DNA from: Ruminococcus sp. Phil11
GTDB taxonomy: Bacteria; Bacillota; Clostridia; Oscillospirales; Ruminococcaceae
Length of the DNA: 64,000 bases
Reading direction: 5' to 3'
Assembly (NCBI GenBank): GCA_001940925.1
Contig: MSGZ01000009.1
Location: 49,908 to 113,907 of the forward strand
In this document: positions 53,500 to 63,000 of the stretch, in pieces
Layout: every line of letters begins with the position of its first letter
Position numbering within the stretch: the stretch's first letter is position 1
Translations under genes and position numbers: made by a program
Notes under the pieces: model-generated
Databases searched by the model: none
The model's input: only the letters and a program-made list of their open reading frames with translations
Told to the model about the DNA's origin: nothing

Positions 53500-56316
53500 A
53501 TGAAACTGAGGAAACTCCTTGCGGCGGCTGTTTCAGCCGTCATGACGCTGACCGCGCTGCAGCTTCCCGCTGCGGATGCGGCAGATTATGTACAGCAGAA
53601 GGCGCGCGTTTCCGTGCACGACCCGTCCGTCATCCGCGATCCCGCGACCGGCACATACTATGTGTTCGGCTCGCATATCGACGCGGCGAAGTCTGACGAC
53701 CTGCAGAGCTGGCGGCTCTTTACGAACGGCTATGCGCGGACGAACAACCGGCTTTTCGGCGAACTCTCCGGCAATCTGAAGCCGGCCTTTGCATGGGCGG
53801 GCGAGGATCTGGAGGACTGTGCGGGCGGCTTTGCGGTCTGGGCACCGGATGTGTTCTGGGATGCGGACTATGTCAATGCGGACGGCTCAAAGGGCGCGTA
53901 CCTGATGTATTTCTGCACCTCCTCGACCTATATGCGCTCGGTGATCGCGTTTGCGGCCTCGCAGAATATCGAGGGGCCTTATACCTTCGTTGATACGCTG
54001 ATCTATTCCGGCTTCACCGACAACGACAGCTATGCGACCAGCTCCACGAAGAACGTCAACCGCAAATACACGAGCACGAACATTGACGAGCTGATCGCTG
54101 CGGGGCAGGTGACCTATAACGAAAGCTGGTTCAATAAACACAATTTCAATAATCAGCTGTTCCCGAACGCGATCGACCCGACGATCTATACCGACACCGA
54201 CGGCAGAATGTATATGTGCTACGGCTCGTGGTCGGGCGGCATTTTTACGCTGGAGATCGACAAGGCGACCGGCCGGTGCATTCACCCGAAAACCGGCACG
54301 ACCGCGGACGGCAGAATGACGGACAGCTATTTCGGCACGAAAATTTCCGGCGGCTGGGGCAAATCCGGCGAGGGGCCGTTCATTGAATACAATGCGGAAA
54401 CAGGCTTCTATTATCTGTTTGTGACATACGGCGGGCTGACCTCGGCCGGCGGCTACAATATGCGCGTCGGACGCTCGCGCAGTCCGCTGGGGCCGTTCAA
54501 GGACGCAGCCGGCAGAGACATGGTGCTGCCGCAGAATCCCGATCTCAATTCGATCGGCCTGAAGCTGATGACGAACTATATGATCCCCGGCCTGCAGAAG
54601 GCGTATATGGCACCGGGGCACAATTCCGTGCTGCATGACGACGACGGTCAGTGGTATCTCATCAATCACACGCGCTTTGACGACGGTGCAGAGTATCATG
54701 AGGTGCGCGTCCATGCAATGAACTTCAATGCGGAGGGCTGGCCGGTCGTGATGCCCTATGAATACAGCGGCGAAACATGGTCGGAAAACGGCTATGACCC
54801 GCGGGAGCTGGCAGGCACCTACGCGTTCATCAATCACGGCACGGGAACGGACGGCAAGATCACCGGCACGCAGACGATCACGCTGACCTGCGAGAATATC
54901 GTGATGGGCAGCGGCCCGATGTTCGGTGCCGATATGAACATCACCGGTGCCGTGACCGGTACATGGCAGGCGACGCAGTATGATGCATCCGCGCATTTCA
55001 GGATCGGCAATGTGGATTATACCGGCCGCTTCAATGCGCAGTATGACGAGAGCGGCAAGCGCGTCATGATCTTTACGGCGGCAGGCGCAAACAACCAGAC
55101 GATCTGGGGCATCAAGACGGAGGAATGGACAGGCTCCGAGCAGATGCCTGTTTCCCGCGCACAGGCACAGACGGCACTTTATAAGGACGAAAACGCGCTG
55201 CCCGATCAGAGCGGAGGTGTGTATATCAGCGGAACAAATCTGCTCAGCAATCTGCCGTATTTCATCGTCAACCGGAACAGCGGTCTGCTGCTGGATGCAG
55301 ACCCGGAGACCGGAAAGCTGTGTCAGTGGGAGCAGATGACCCGCCGTGAGGAAGCCTTCCGCCTGACCGATCTCGGAAACGGTTACTGCCGGATCACGCC
55401 GCTGTCGGATGAATCCAAGTGCGTGACGGTGCAGGGCAGCAGCGCGGAAAACGGTCTTGACGTTTCGCTTGCGGCATATACCGGCGCGGACAATCAGCAG
55501 TTCAGACTGCTGCGCTCCGGTTCGTATTACGGCATCGTCTCGAAATGCTCCGGCGATGCGGCAGGTCTTGATGTCTACGAGTGGAGCACCGAAAACGGCG
55601 GCGCGGTCAAACAGTGGGAATTCTGGGACGGCGGCTGCCAGATCTGGGAGATCCGTCCGACCTATGCATCTATACCGACGCACAGCTATGCGCTGCGTTC
55701 TGTGGAAAGCGGCAAATTCCTCAGCAGTGCAGCGGGCGCAGTCTCCGAAACCGATGAAGGCAAGTCGTGGCGCGTGACGCTGGTCTCACAGACCGGCTGG
55801 CAGAACAGTATATGTAATTATATGCTAACGGACGAGAACGGAAATGTGTTGACGCCCGCGGGTGACGGCACAGTGATGATCTCTCCGGTGAACGGCGGAG
55901 AGGAACAGATAATTCAGATCGACTGCAATGAGGACGGCAGCTATACACTTTCCTGCTGCGAATCGCAGAAATTTGTGCTGATCCCGGCGGAGACCGTCAC
56001 AGTCACGCAGCCGGTGCAGACGACGACCGCCCCCGGAACTACAACGGCCGAAACGACGACGGAAACAGCGGCTGATACGACCGCAACGGCACCCGCCGGC
56101 AAAAGACTGCCCGGCGATGCAAACTGCAGCGGCAAGGTCGATGTCTCCGACGCGGTGCTGACCGCACGCACGGTCAATGAGGACAGGACTGCGGTGATCA
56201 CCGATCAGGGCAAGCGGAATGCGGACTGCAATCAGAACGGCAATGTCGATTCGGAGGATATCACGATGATCCTCCGGCATATCGCAAAGATCGAGCTGCT
56301 GCCGGAAACGGAGTGA
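53500..56316 (+). CDS. Cellulosomal GH43 family hydrolase (arabinanase/xylosidase type) with a ricin-type (CBM13-like) module, an extra beta domain, Thr-rich linker and dockerin
   Basis: Signal peptide MKLRKLLAAAVSAVMTLTALQLPAADA. GH43 motifs: VHDPSVIRDPATGTYYVFGSH, WAPDVFW, EGPFIEY. Ricin-like repeats: QQFRL, KQWEFW, QIWEI. Dockerin: GDANCSGKVDVSDAVLTART...NADCNQNGNVDSEDITMILRHIA. Confidence 0.85.
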   Translation: MKLRKLLAAAVSAVMTLTALQLPAADAADYVQQKARVSVHDPSVIRDPATGTYYVFGSHIDAAKSDDLQSWRLFTNGYARTNNRLFGELSGNLKPAFAWAGEDLEDCAGGFAVWAPDVFWDADYVNADGSKGAYLMYFCTSSTYMRSVIAFAASQNIEGPYTFVDTLIYSGFTDNDSYATSSTKNVNRKYTSTNIDELIAAGQVTYNESWFNKHNFNNQLFPNAIDPTIYTDTDGRMYMCYGSWSGGIFTLEIDKATGRCIHPKTGTTADGRMTDSYFGTKISGGWGKSGEGPFIEYNAETGFYYLFVTYGGLTSAGGYNMRVGRSRSPLGPFKDAAGRDMVLPQNPDLNSIGLKLMTNYMIPGLQKAYMAPGHNSVLHDDDGQWYLINHTRFDDGAEYHEVRVHAMNFNAEGWPVVMPYEYSGETWSENGYDPRELAGTYAFINHGTGTDGKITGTQTITLTCENIVMGSGPMFGADMNITGAVTGTWQATQYDASAHFRIGNVDYTGRFNAQYDESGKRVMIFTAAGANNQTIWGIKTEEWTGSEQMPVSRAQAQTALYKDENALPDQSGGVYISGTNLLSNLPYFIVNRNSGLLLDADPETGKLCQWEQMTRREEAFRLTDLGNGYCRITPLSDESKCVTVQGSSAENGLDVSLAAYTGADNQQFRLLRSGSYYGIVSKCSGDAAGLDVYEWSTENGGAVKQWEFWDGGCQIWEIRPTYASIPTHSYALRSVESGKFLSSAAGAVSETDEGKSWRVTLVSQTGWQNSICNYMLTDENGNVLTPAGDGTVMISPVNGGEEQIIQIDCNEDGSYTLSCCESQKFVLIPAETVTVTQPVQTTTAPGTTTAETTTETAADTTATAPAGKRLPGDANCSGKVDVSDAVLTARTVNEDRTAVITDQGKRNADCNQNGNVDSEDITMILRHIAKIELLPETE

Positions 56317-56318
56317 AT

Positions 56319-56894
56319 ATGCAGTTTGCAGAGCTGACTGCGGCACAGGTGACGCAGGTCTATCAGGAACGGATGACGGCGGATTTCCCGCCGGACGAAT
56401 TAAAGCCGCTGTCAAGGATCCGGCGGGCACTTTCTGCGGGAAGATACCGCTGCACGGGACTGTTTGAAGGCGGAGAACTGCTGGCCTACGGCTTTTTCGT
56501 GATCCTGCGCGGGCAGGATGATACGGAGCTGCTGCTGGACTATTTTGCCGTCGATGCGGCGAAAAGAGGGCAGGGGATCGGGAGCGCATTCCTGCGGATG
56601 CTGCCGGCGCAGTTCCCGGAAGCCGGTGCCGTGCTGATCGAATCCGAATCGCCGGAGACGGCAGAGAATCATGCCGAACGCATCCTGCGGGAGCGGCGCA
56701 TCCGGTTTTATCTGGAAAACGGCTGTCTGGCTTCCGGCATGGAAACATCTGTATTCGGTGTGCGGTATCGGGTCATGGAGCTGCCGCTGCGGAAAACGCA
56801 TACACCGGAGCAGCTCAGAGCAGTCTACACCGGGCTCTACCGGCAGATCCTTCCGCCGGAGATGTTCCGCGAGAAGGTACACTTCTGCAAATAA
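56319..56894 (+). CDS. GNAT family N-acetyltransferase
   Basis: LLLDYFAVDAAKRGQGIGSAFLRML. ATG 56319 follows GGAG; an alternative GTG at 56313 overlaps the GH43 stop. Confidence 0.7.
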   Translation: MQFAELTAAQVTQVYQERMTADFPPDELKPLSRIRRALSAGRYRCTGLFEGGELLAYGFFVILRGQDDTELLLDYFAVDAAKRGQGIGSAFLRMLPAQFPEAGAVLIESESPETAENHAERILRERRIRFYLENGCLASGMETSVFGVRYRVMELPLRKTHTPEQLRAVYTGLYRQILPPEMFREKVHFCK

Positions 56895-56903
56895 TGCAGA
56901 TGC

Positions 56904-56932
56904 TTGACAATCCGTGCACTTTCGATTATAAT
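56904..56932 (+). promoter_or_regulatory. Promoter of hypothetical gene 56982
   Basis: TTGACA 56904-56909, 17-nt spacer, TATAAT 56927-56932. Confidence 0.65.
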
Positions 56933-56981
56933 AATGCTATAGCGATATCAGACGATTGACGCGTCAGGGAGGCAGAATCAG

Positions 56982-57377
56982 ATGCAGAAAAAACGGATGA
57001 CAGTCGGATCATTTGCCAAGGACTCGGAAATCCCGCAGTATACCGACGGACGCTGCGTGCTGTCCGTTCCGGTCATCAGCAGCGGGACGGAGCAGGATAT
57101 CGCGCTGGCCGAAAAGCTGCGGAAGAAGTATTTCAACCGGCGTGCAGATGAGATCTATGAGGAATGCACGGCGATGTCCGTCAGTCAGCTGAAGCAGGTG
57201 TTTGCGCAGTTTTCGGCTGCGAATCTGAGCGAGCTGGTGTACGGCTTTCTGACCGCGTCGGAGCAGCATCTCCTGACGCTGAATGCCGCGCGGGATGTCA
57301 TTGACGAGGTCGTCCGCTGCGGGGATTATCACATCCGGCTGAAAGCGGAGGATCTGCTGCAGACAGGAGAATCATGA
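56982..57377 (+). CDS. Hypothetical protein (131 aa)
   Basis: RBS GGGAGG upstream and its own consensus promoter. I recognise no motif. Confidence 0.5.
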   Translation: MQKKRMTVGSFAKDSEIPQYTDGRCVLSVPVISSGTEQDIALAEKLRKKYFNRRADEIYEECTAMSVSQLKQVFAQFSAANLSELVYGFLTASEQHLLTLNAARDVIDEVVRCGDYHIRLKAEDLLQTGES

Positions 57378-57473
57378 AAATACGCCGTGTGCGCTTTGCC
57401 GTGCACGGCGTTTGCAGCAATCAGGCGGAAAACCGGTGCTCAAAAAATTTTTTGAGAAAATTGCAAAAAGGGG

Positions 57474-57502
57474 TTGACAAATCATCCGGTTTATGCTATA
57501 AT
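57474..57502 (+). promoter_or_regulatory. Promoter of the tRNA-Leu/tRNA-Gly unit
   Basis: TTGACA 57474-57479, 17-nt spacer, TGCTATAAT with TATAAT at 57497-57502. Confidence 0.75.
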
Positions 57503-57534
57503 AACAAAGTCGCAGGAAAACAGCGGCAGGATGT

Positions 57535-57618
57535 GCGGATATGGCGGAATTGGCAGACGCGCATGGTTCAGGTCCATGTGATAGCAATATCATGGAGGTT
57601 CAAGTCCTCTTATCCGCA
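57535..57618 (+). tRNA. tRNA-Leu (anticodon CAG), long variable arm, no encoded CCA
   Basis: Acceptor GCGGATA/TATCCGC plus discriminator A. Anticodon stem CATGG/CCATG with loop TTCAGGT. Variable arm GTGATAGCAATATCAT. T-arm GGAGGTTCAAGTCCTCT. Confidence 0.9.
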
Positions 57619-57621
57619 TCC

Positions 57622-57656
57622 GAAACCCTCATACAGCTGTATGAGGGTTTCTTTAT
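57622..57656 (+). terminator. Terminator-like hairpin between the two tRNA genes
   Basis: GAAACCCTCATACA-GC-TGTATGAGGGTTTC followed by TTTAT. Confidence 0.5.
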
Positions 57657-57660
57657 AGCT

Positions 57661-57731
57661 GCAGGTGTAGTTTAATGGCAAAACATCAGCTTCCCAAGCT
57701 GAGGTCGAGGGTTCGATTCCCTTCACCTGCT
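57661..57731 (+). tRNA. tRNA-Gly (anticodon CCC)
   Basis: Acceptor GCAGGTG/CACCTGC plus T. D-arm TAGTTTAATGGCAAAACA. Anticodon stem TCAGC/GCTGA with loop TTCCCAA. T-arm GAGGGTTCGATTCCCTT. Confidence 0.9.
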
Positions 57732-57739
57732 TTCCGATC

Positions 57740-57775
57740 AGCGTTCCGTCAGTGATGCCGGGACGCTTTTGATTT
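57740..57775 (+). terminator. Terminator after tRNA-Gly
   Basis: AGCGTTCCG-loop-CGGGACGCT followed by TTTTGATTTG. Confidence 0.55.
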
Positions 57776-57912
57776 GTTCGGAAAAGAAACAGAGAATCTT
57801 CATTTTCTTAATCCGTATTTCGCAAACTTTTCAAAAACTTTTTTTGCTTTTTTCAGAAAAGTATGCTATAATAGAAACAGTTTTATGATATAAGGGAGTG
57901 TATTGCCTGACC

Positions 57913-59049
57913 ATGATGATCTATCTGGATTCTGCGGCGACGACCCGTCCGGGGGAGGCATGTGTCTCCGCGATGACGGAGATGCTGCGGGAGCAATACG
58001 GAAATCCGTCCTCGCTGCACAGCTTCGGGCTTGCGGCGGAGACGCTCGTGACAAATGCAAGAAAACAGCTCGCAGCTGCACTCGGCTGTGAGGCGGGCTC
58101 TGTGATGTTTACTTCCGGTGCGACCGAGAGCAATCATCTTGCAGTGCTCGGTACGGCACACGCCTACGGAAAACGGAAACGCCGCGTCGTGACCTCAACG
58201 GTCGAGCATGCTTCGGTGCGCGGCGCATTTGATCTGCTGGAGGCGGAGGGCTATGAGGTCGTGCGCGTGGCACCGGGTGCGGACGGCATTCCGGATGCTG
58301 CAGCGTTTGCGGCCGCGGTCAATGAGAACACCTGCCTCATCAGCATGATGCTGGTCAACAATGAGACCGGCCATATCCTGCCGGTGCAGAAGGTCTTTGC
58401 ACAGGTGAAGCGGGAGCATCCCGACGTCATCACGCACTGTGATGCGGTGCAGGGCTTTCTGAAGATCCCGTTCACCCCGCAGAAGCTGAATGCCGATCTG
58501 CTGACCGTCAGCGGACACAAGGTCCATGCCTGCAAGGGCATCGGCGCGCTGTATCACAAAAAGGGCGTGCGCCTGACCGGTCTGATGAAGGGCGGCGAGC
58601 AGGAGGGCGGCATCCGGCCGGGCACGGAATCCGTGCCGCTGATCGTCGGATTCGGCGCGGCGGTCAGTGATTTAAGCAAAACGGTCGCGGGAAGGGCAGA
58701 GCATGTTTCCGGCCTGCGCAGCGAATGCATCCGGCAGCTTTCGGCACTGGACGGCATCACGGTCAATTCCCCGGCGGGCGGCTCCCCGTATATTTTAAGC
58801 TTTTCGGTGAAGGGGCTCCGCTCGGAGACGATGCTGCATTTCCTCTCCGACCGCGGGATCTATGTATCGAGCGGTTCTGCCTGCTCGAAGGGCAAGCAGA
58901 GCGGCGTTCTGGAACAGTTCGGCATCAGGCCCGACCTTGCGGACAGTACGCTGCGCGTCAGCTTCTGCGCGGAGAATACGGCGGAGGAGATCACGGCACT
59001 GTGCGCAGCTTTGCAGGATGCACAGCAGCAGCTTGTGCATAAGCGGTAA
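57913..59049 (+). CDS. Cysteine desulfurase (NifS/IscS family)
   Basis: IYLDSAATT, NPSSLHSFG, PLP-Lys in SGHKVHACKGIG, active Cys in SSGSACS. The gene lies upstream of thiI. Confidence 0.88.
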   Translation: MMIYLDSAATTRPGEACVSAMTEMLREQYGNPSSLHSFGLAAETLVTNARKQLAAALGCEAGSVMFTSGATESNHLAVLGTAHAYGKRKRRVVTSTVEHASVRGAFDLLEAEGYEVVRVAPGADGIPDAAAFAAAVNENTCLISMMLVNNETGHILPVQKVFAQVKREHPDVITHCDAVQGFLKIPFTPQKLNADLLTVSGHKVHACKGIGALYHKKGVRLTGLMKGGEQEGGIRPGTESVPLIVGFGAAVSDLSKTVAGRAEHVSGLRSECIRQLSALDGITVNSPAGGSPYILSFSVKGLRSETMLHFLSDRGIYVSSGSACSKGKQSGVLEQFGIRPDLADSTLRVSFCAENTAEEITALCAALQDAQQQLVHKR

Positions 59050-59060
59050 CAGGTGTTTGC

Positions 59061-59501
59061 ATGATCAGAGAATATGAACCGCGCGATCTGGAACACTGTG
59101 CTGCGGTATTCTGCAGCGCATTCCGGGCGGCGCCGTGGCATGAGAACTGGACGGTGCAGCTTGCGGAAACGCGGATATCGGAGCTGACGGGTACACAGCT
59201 TTCCGCCGGCTTTGTATATGAAGAAGCAGGTCAGATCCTCGGCTTTGCGGCCGGGCGCGTCGTGACCTACCTTTACGGAAAAGAATATGTGATCGACGAA
59301 TTCTGCGTCTTATCGGAGATGCAGGGGAAGGGCATCGGCAGCCGGCTGCTTGCGGGCATTGCGGATGCGGTGCGGCAGCATGGGATCGTTTCGATCGTTC
59401 TGCAGACGACAAAGGGTTATCCGAGCGAACAGTTTTATCTGAAAAACGGCTTTCAGCACAGCCCCGACATGATCACGCTGTACCGGAAGCTGAATCAATA
59501 A
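59061..59501 (+). CDS. GNAT family N-acetyltransferase
   Basis: VLSEMQGKGIGSRLLAGIADAVRQHG...FYLKNGF. Confidence 0.75.
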   Translation: MIREYEPRDLEHCAAVFCSAFRAAPWHENWTVQLAETRISELTGTQLSAGFVYEEAGQILGFAAGRVVTYLYGKEYVIDEFCVLSEMQGKGIGSRLLAGIADAVRQHGIVSIVLQTTKGYPSEQFYLKNGFQHSPDMITLYRKLNQ

Positions 59502-59519
59502 CAAAAACGGAGAGTTGGC

Positions 59520-60731
59520 ATGAGAGAGATCATTCTTGTGAAATACGGCGAAATGGCGCTGAAGGGATTGAACCGCGGTACATTTGAGGATGTGCTGCTG
59601 CGGAATATCCGCTACCGGCTGAAAAAGCTCGGCAAGTTTTCGTATTCCAAGGCACAGTCCACTATATATATAGTACCCGAAGCGGATACCGACGACGCCT
59701 GCGGCGAGCTGCTTGCTGCTGCGATGCCGCGTCTGAAAAAGGTATTCGGCATTGCGGCACTGTCCCGCGCACTGACCTGTGCAAAATCCTTCGCGGATAT
59801 CGCGGCAAAATCCGTGCCGTATCTCGAGGATGCGCTGACCGCCGCAAAGACGTTCAAGGTCGAGGCAAAGCGCGCGGACAAGGCCTTCCCGATGAAGTCG
59901 CCGGAGATCTGCGCGGAGCTCGGCGGGATCTTGCTCTCGCATTATCCGCATCTCAAGGTCAATGTCAATGAACCGGATGTGACCGTGACGGTCGAGATCC
60001 GCGAGGAACATGCCTATGTGCACGCAGTCCGGGAAAAGGGCGCGGGCGGTCTGCCGGTCGGGACCTCCGGCAATGCGATGCTGCTGCTTTCCGGCGGCAT
60101 TGACAGCCCGGTCGCGGCTTACATGATGGCCAAGCGCGGCCTGCGCATCACGGCATGCCATTTTGCAAGCCCGCCTTACACCTCCGAGCGTGCGCGCATG
60201 AAGGTGGAGCAGCTCTGCGAAAAGCTGACCCCGTGGTGCGGCAGCATGGCGTTCTACTGCGTGCCGTTCACCGAGATCCAGGAGGAGCTGCAGCGGAACT
60301 GCCCGGAGGAATACTTCACGATCCTGATGCGCCGCCTGATGATGGAGATCGCCTGCAGGCTCGCGGAGCGCGAGGAATGCGGCGCGATCGTCACCGGCGA
60401 GAGCCTCGGACAGGTCGCCAGCCAGACGCTTCCCGCACTGGCCTGCACCGATGCCGTCGCGACGATGCCGGTGCTGCGTCCGCTGATCGGCATGGACAAG
60501 ACCGAGATCATCACGGTCTCCAGAATGATCGACACCTACGATATCTCGATCCAGCCCTATGAGGACTGCTGCACGGTCTTTACGCCGCGGCACCCGAAGC
60601 TGCGCCCGCATCTGGACGATGTTGCCGAGGCTCAGGCAGAGGTCGATTTCGCGCCACTGGTCGAAAAAGCCCTTGCCGGCGCGGAAAAAAAGGTCTTTGC
60701 GCAGCATGTCTCCGAGGAGCAGAACCTTTGA
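59520..60731 (+). CDS. thiI: tRNA 4-thiouridine(8) synthase ThiI
   Basis: N-terminal ferredoxin-like/THUMP region and PP-loop LLLSGGIDSPVAAYMM; also GESLGQVASQT. No rhodanese domain. Confidence 0.9.
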   Translation: MREIILVKYGEMALKGLNRGTFEDVLLRNIRYRLKKLGKFSYSKAQSTIYIVPEADTDDACGELLAAAMPRLKKVFGIAALSRALTCAKSFADIAAKSVPYLEDALTAAKTFKVEAKRADKAFPMKSPEICAELGGILLSHYPHLKVNVNEPDVTVTVEIREEHAYVHAVREKGAGGLPVGTSGNAMLLLSGGIDSPVAAYMMAKRGLRITACHFASPPYTSERARMKVEQLCEKLTPWCGSMAFYCVPFTEIQEELQRNCPEEYFTILMRRLMMEIACRLAEREECGAIVTGESLGQVASQTLPALACTDAVATMPVLRPLIGMDKTEIITVSRMIDTYDISIQPYEDCCTVFTPRHPKLRPHLDDVAEAQAEVDFAPLVEKALAGAEKKVFAQHVSEEQNL

Positions 60732-60803
60732 TTTTTCAGTAAATCCGACAAAAACCGCATTTCATGATTGAATGATGCGTACAGATAACAATTTGGAGGA
60801 ACA

Positions 60804-61352
60804 ATGAATATTGAACAAATTATCCTGCCCGAATTTGGCAAATCCTCCGAAATCATGACGGGCAGCCTTGACAAGACAGTGCAGGATGTAGTACAATATC
60901 TAATGGAGAATAGGCTCACTGTGGCAACAGGCGAAAGCCTCACAGGCGGTCTGCTCTCTGAACGTATTACATCAGTGTCAGGCGCATCACAGGTGATCGA
61001 GCTTGGAGTCTGCACCTACTCTGATCGGATGAAGCAACACTTGCTTCATGTCCCGTCCGGTATCCTTGCCGAGCACGGAGCAGTCAGCCGTCAGACCGCA
61101 TTGGCCATGGCGGAGGGACTGATGCACCTTTCGGGTGCGGATCTGTGTTTGACAGTGACCGGTCTGGCCGGACCCGGAGGCGGAACCGCGGAACTTCCCG
61201 TCGGAACCGTTTATGCGGGCTTTGCCTATCAGAACAGGATCGCTGCCACCCTGCTGCGGCTCTGGGAATTTCCCGGGCTCTCGCGGGACGGTATCCGGAA
61301 GATGACCGCGTTATGCGTGTTTCAGTTAGCGAAACAATTATTGCTTGCGTGA
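60804..61352 (+). CDS. CinA-family nicotinamide-nucleotide amidohydrolase domain protein (PncC-like)
   Basis: LTVATGESLTGGLLSERITSVSGASQV...GAVS...A..MA.G......AD..L.VTG.AGP. Confidence 0.8.
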   Translation: MNIEQIILPEFGKSSEIMTGSLDKTVQDVVQYLMENRLTVATGESLTGGLLSERITSVSGASQVIELGVCTYSDRMKQHLLHVPSGILAEHGAVSRQTALAMAEGLMHLSGADLCLTVTGLAGPGGGTAELPVGTVYAGFAYQNRIAATLLRLWEFPGLSRDGIRKMTALCVFQLAKQLLLA

Positions 61353-61461
61353 GAGATGTACAGACTTTCATGCAGACATACCTGCGCGGAGCCGATGCGG
61401 ATAAAATGTGCTTCACTGCACGGATTAGATGCAAGGCAATGCAATTGATGGAGGCGTTCTT

Positions 61462-63000
61462 ATGAATCATTCGCAATACCCCTATGAACAACCCAACCGA
61501 CCGGATCCGGTGCCGAACGGCAGGAGACCGGCGGATCCCGGTTACGGCTATCCGAGTGATCGGAATGCTGCGGACAATTCCAGACGAAATGCATACAACG
61601 GACGAAGGATGCTCAGGGGAGCCGCTGGACATGCGGAACCCTCTGCGGAGTGCGTCACGGAGAATGCGGACCGGCTGGAATGGAAGCGGCATCGCACGGA
61701 TCGGGACGGCAGAGCGGATATCGCAGAAGAAGTCACAGCAACACGTCTTACCAACCGTTATTCAGAACCGCATGCCGAATATTCTTCCGATGCTGACGAG
61801 GTATCTGCGCGTGTGAGAACACCGCAGGATGCGGCAGGGCATTTTGCTGCCCGGCCAAAGGCGGCGGCAGAGCAGAGGAGCAGACGGAACCCGGAAGCAC
61901 ATACGGTGCGGCCGGAGGACGAAGGCTCTGAGGCTGTGCTTTCGCAGCCGGATCTGTTTACGAAGAAAAGGCGCACCTTCAAAGATTTTCTGAAGACCTT
62001 TCTCCCGTGGAAGGGAGATTCTGCATTTGAAATCATGCGGAAAATCGTGTTTTCGATGGCTCTCGTAGTTGTCGGAGTCTGTGCGTTTCTCATCAGCAGC
62101 TACTATATTGACCGTTACAAGGGCAAGAAGGAGTACGAGGAGCTGAACAGGCTTTACGAGGAGACACTGAAGGACAGATCATCTGACGAGGAAAACAAAA
62201 GCCCGGAAAAAGGAACCGCCAGCGAGTATCTTGAACTCAATGAGCTCGCCAGATGGCTCGAAATCAATCCGGATTTTGTCGGGTATATCAATATCCCCGG
62301 TACCGTCGTCAGTTATCCCGTTGTGCAGAAAAAGTCTGATGATATCAACCACAACATGAACGATTGGTATCTGTACCGTACCTTCAAGGGTGAGGAAAAC
62401 CGTGCCGGTTGTATCTTCATGGACTACAGGTGCCACTTCGACGAGGTCGTCGAACACAGACGGGTCGTCGAGAATTCCGGAAATGTTTTCATTTACGGAC
62501 ACGACATGGGCAACAGAACGATGTTCGGAAGCCTTCGCGACTATGTGAACCTTGGTCCGAACTTTTACAGTGAGCATCCGATCGTCGAGTTCAGCACACC
62601 GTACAATCATTACAAGTTCAAGATATTCGCCGTCTTCATTGTTGACGGAGACGACCTGTATTCTTCCAATGCTTTTGATTGCTGGAACACGCTGGATTTT
62701 GAGGACGAAAAAGCGTTCTATGACTATGTCAACGAAGCAAAAAAACGCACACTCATCTGCAACGATGTTGATGTGGAGTACGGAGATCAGCTCCTGTCGC
62801 TGTACACGTGCAACGGGCTGCTCAAAAATGCAAAGCTGATTCTGATGTGCAGAGAGATTCGTGCCGGCGAAGACCTTTACGATGGTACAAAGAATGCCAC
62901 ATTGAACGACAATGTGTTGTACCCCACGGCCTACTATAAGTCAGGCCGCCCTGAAAATTACGATCCCAAGAAATTCGTCCCCTACGGGCCGAAATCGTGA
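61462..63000 (+). CDS. srtB: Class B sortase with a ~195-aa disordered cytoplasmic N-terminal extension and one TM
   Basis: RBS GGAGG then ATG 61462. NPDFVGYINIPGTVVSYPVVQ, GCIFMDYR, catalytic His in IYGHDMGNRTMFGSL, catalytic Cys in LLSLYTCNG, and Arg in LILMCREI. Confidence 0.75.
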   Translation: MNHSQYPYEQPNRPDPVPNGRRPADPGYGYPSDRNAADNSRRNAYNGRRMLRGAAGHAEPSAECVTENADRLEWKRHRTDRDGRADIAEEVTATRLTNRYSEPHAEYSSDADEVSARVRTPQDAAGHFAARPKAAAEQRSRRNPEAHTVRPEDEGSEAVLSQPDLFTKKRRTFKDFLKTFLPWKGDSAFEIMRKIVFSMALVVVGVCAFLISSYYIDRYKGKKEYEELNRLYEETLKDRSSDEENKSPEKGTASEYLELNELARWLEINPDFVGYINIPGTVVSYPVVQKKSDDINHNMNDWYLYRTFKGEENRAGCIFMDYRCHFDEVVEHRRVVENSGNVFIYGHDMGNRTMFGSLRDYVNLGPNFYSEHPIVEFSTPYNHYKFKIFAVFIVDGDDLYSSNAFDCWNTLDFEDEKAFYDYVNEAKKRTLICNDVDVEYGDQLLSLYTCNGLLKNAKLILMCREIRAGEDLYDGTKNATLNDNVLYPTAYYKSGRPENYDPKKFVPYGPKS

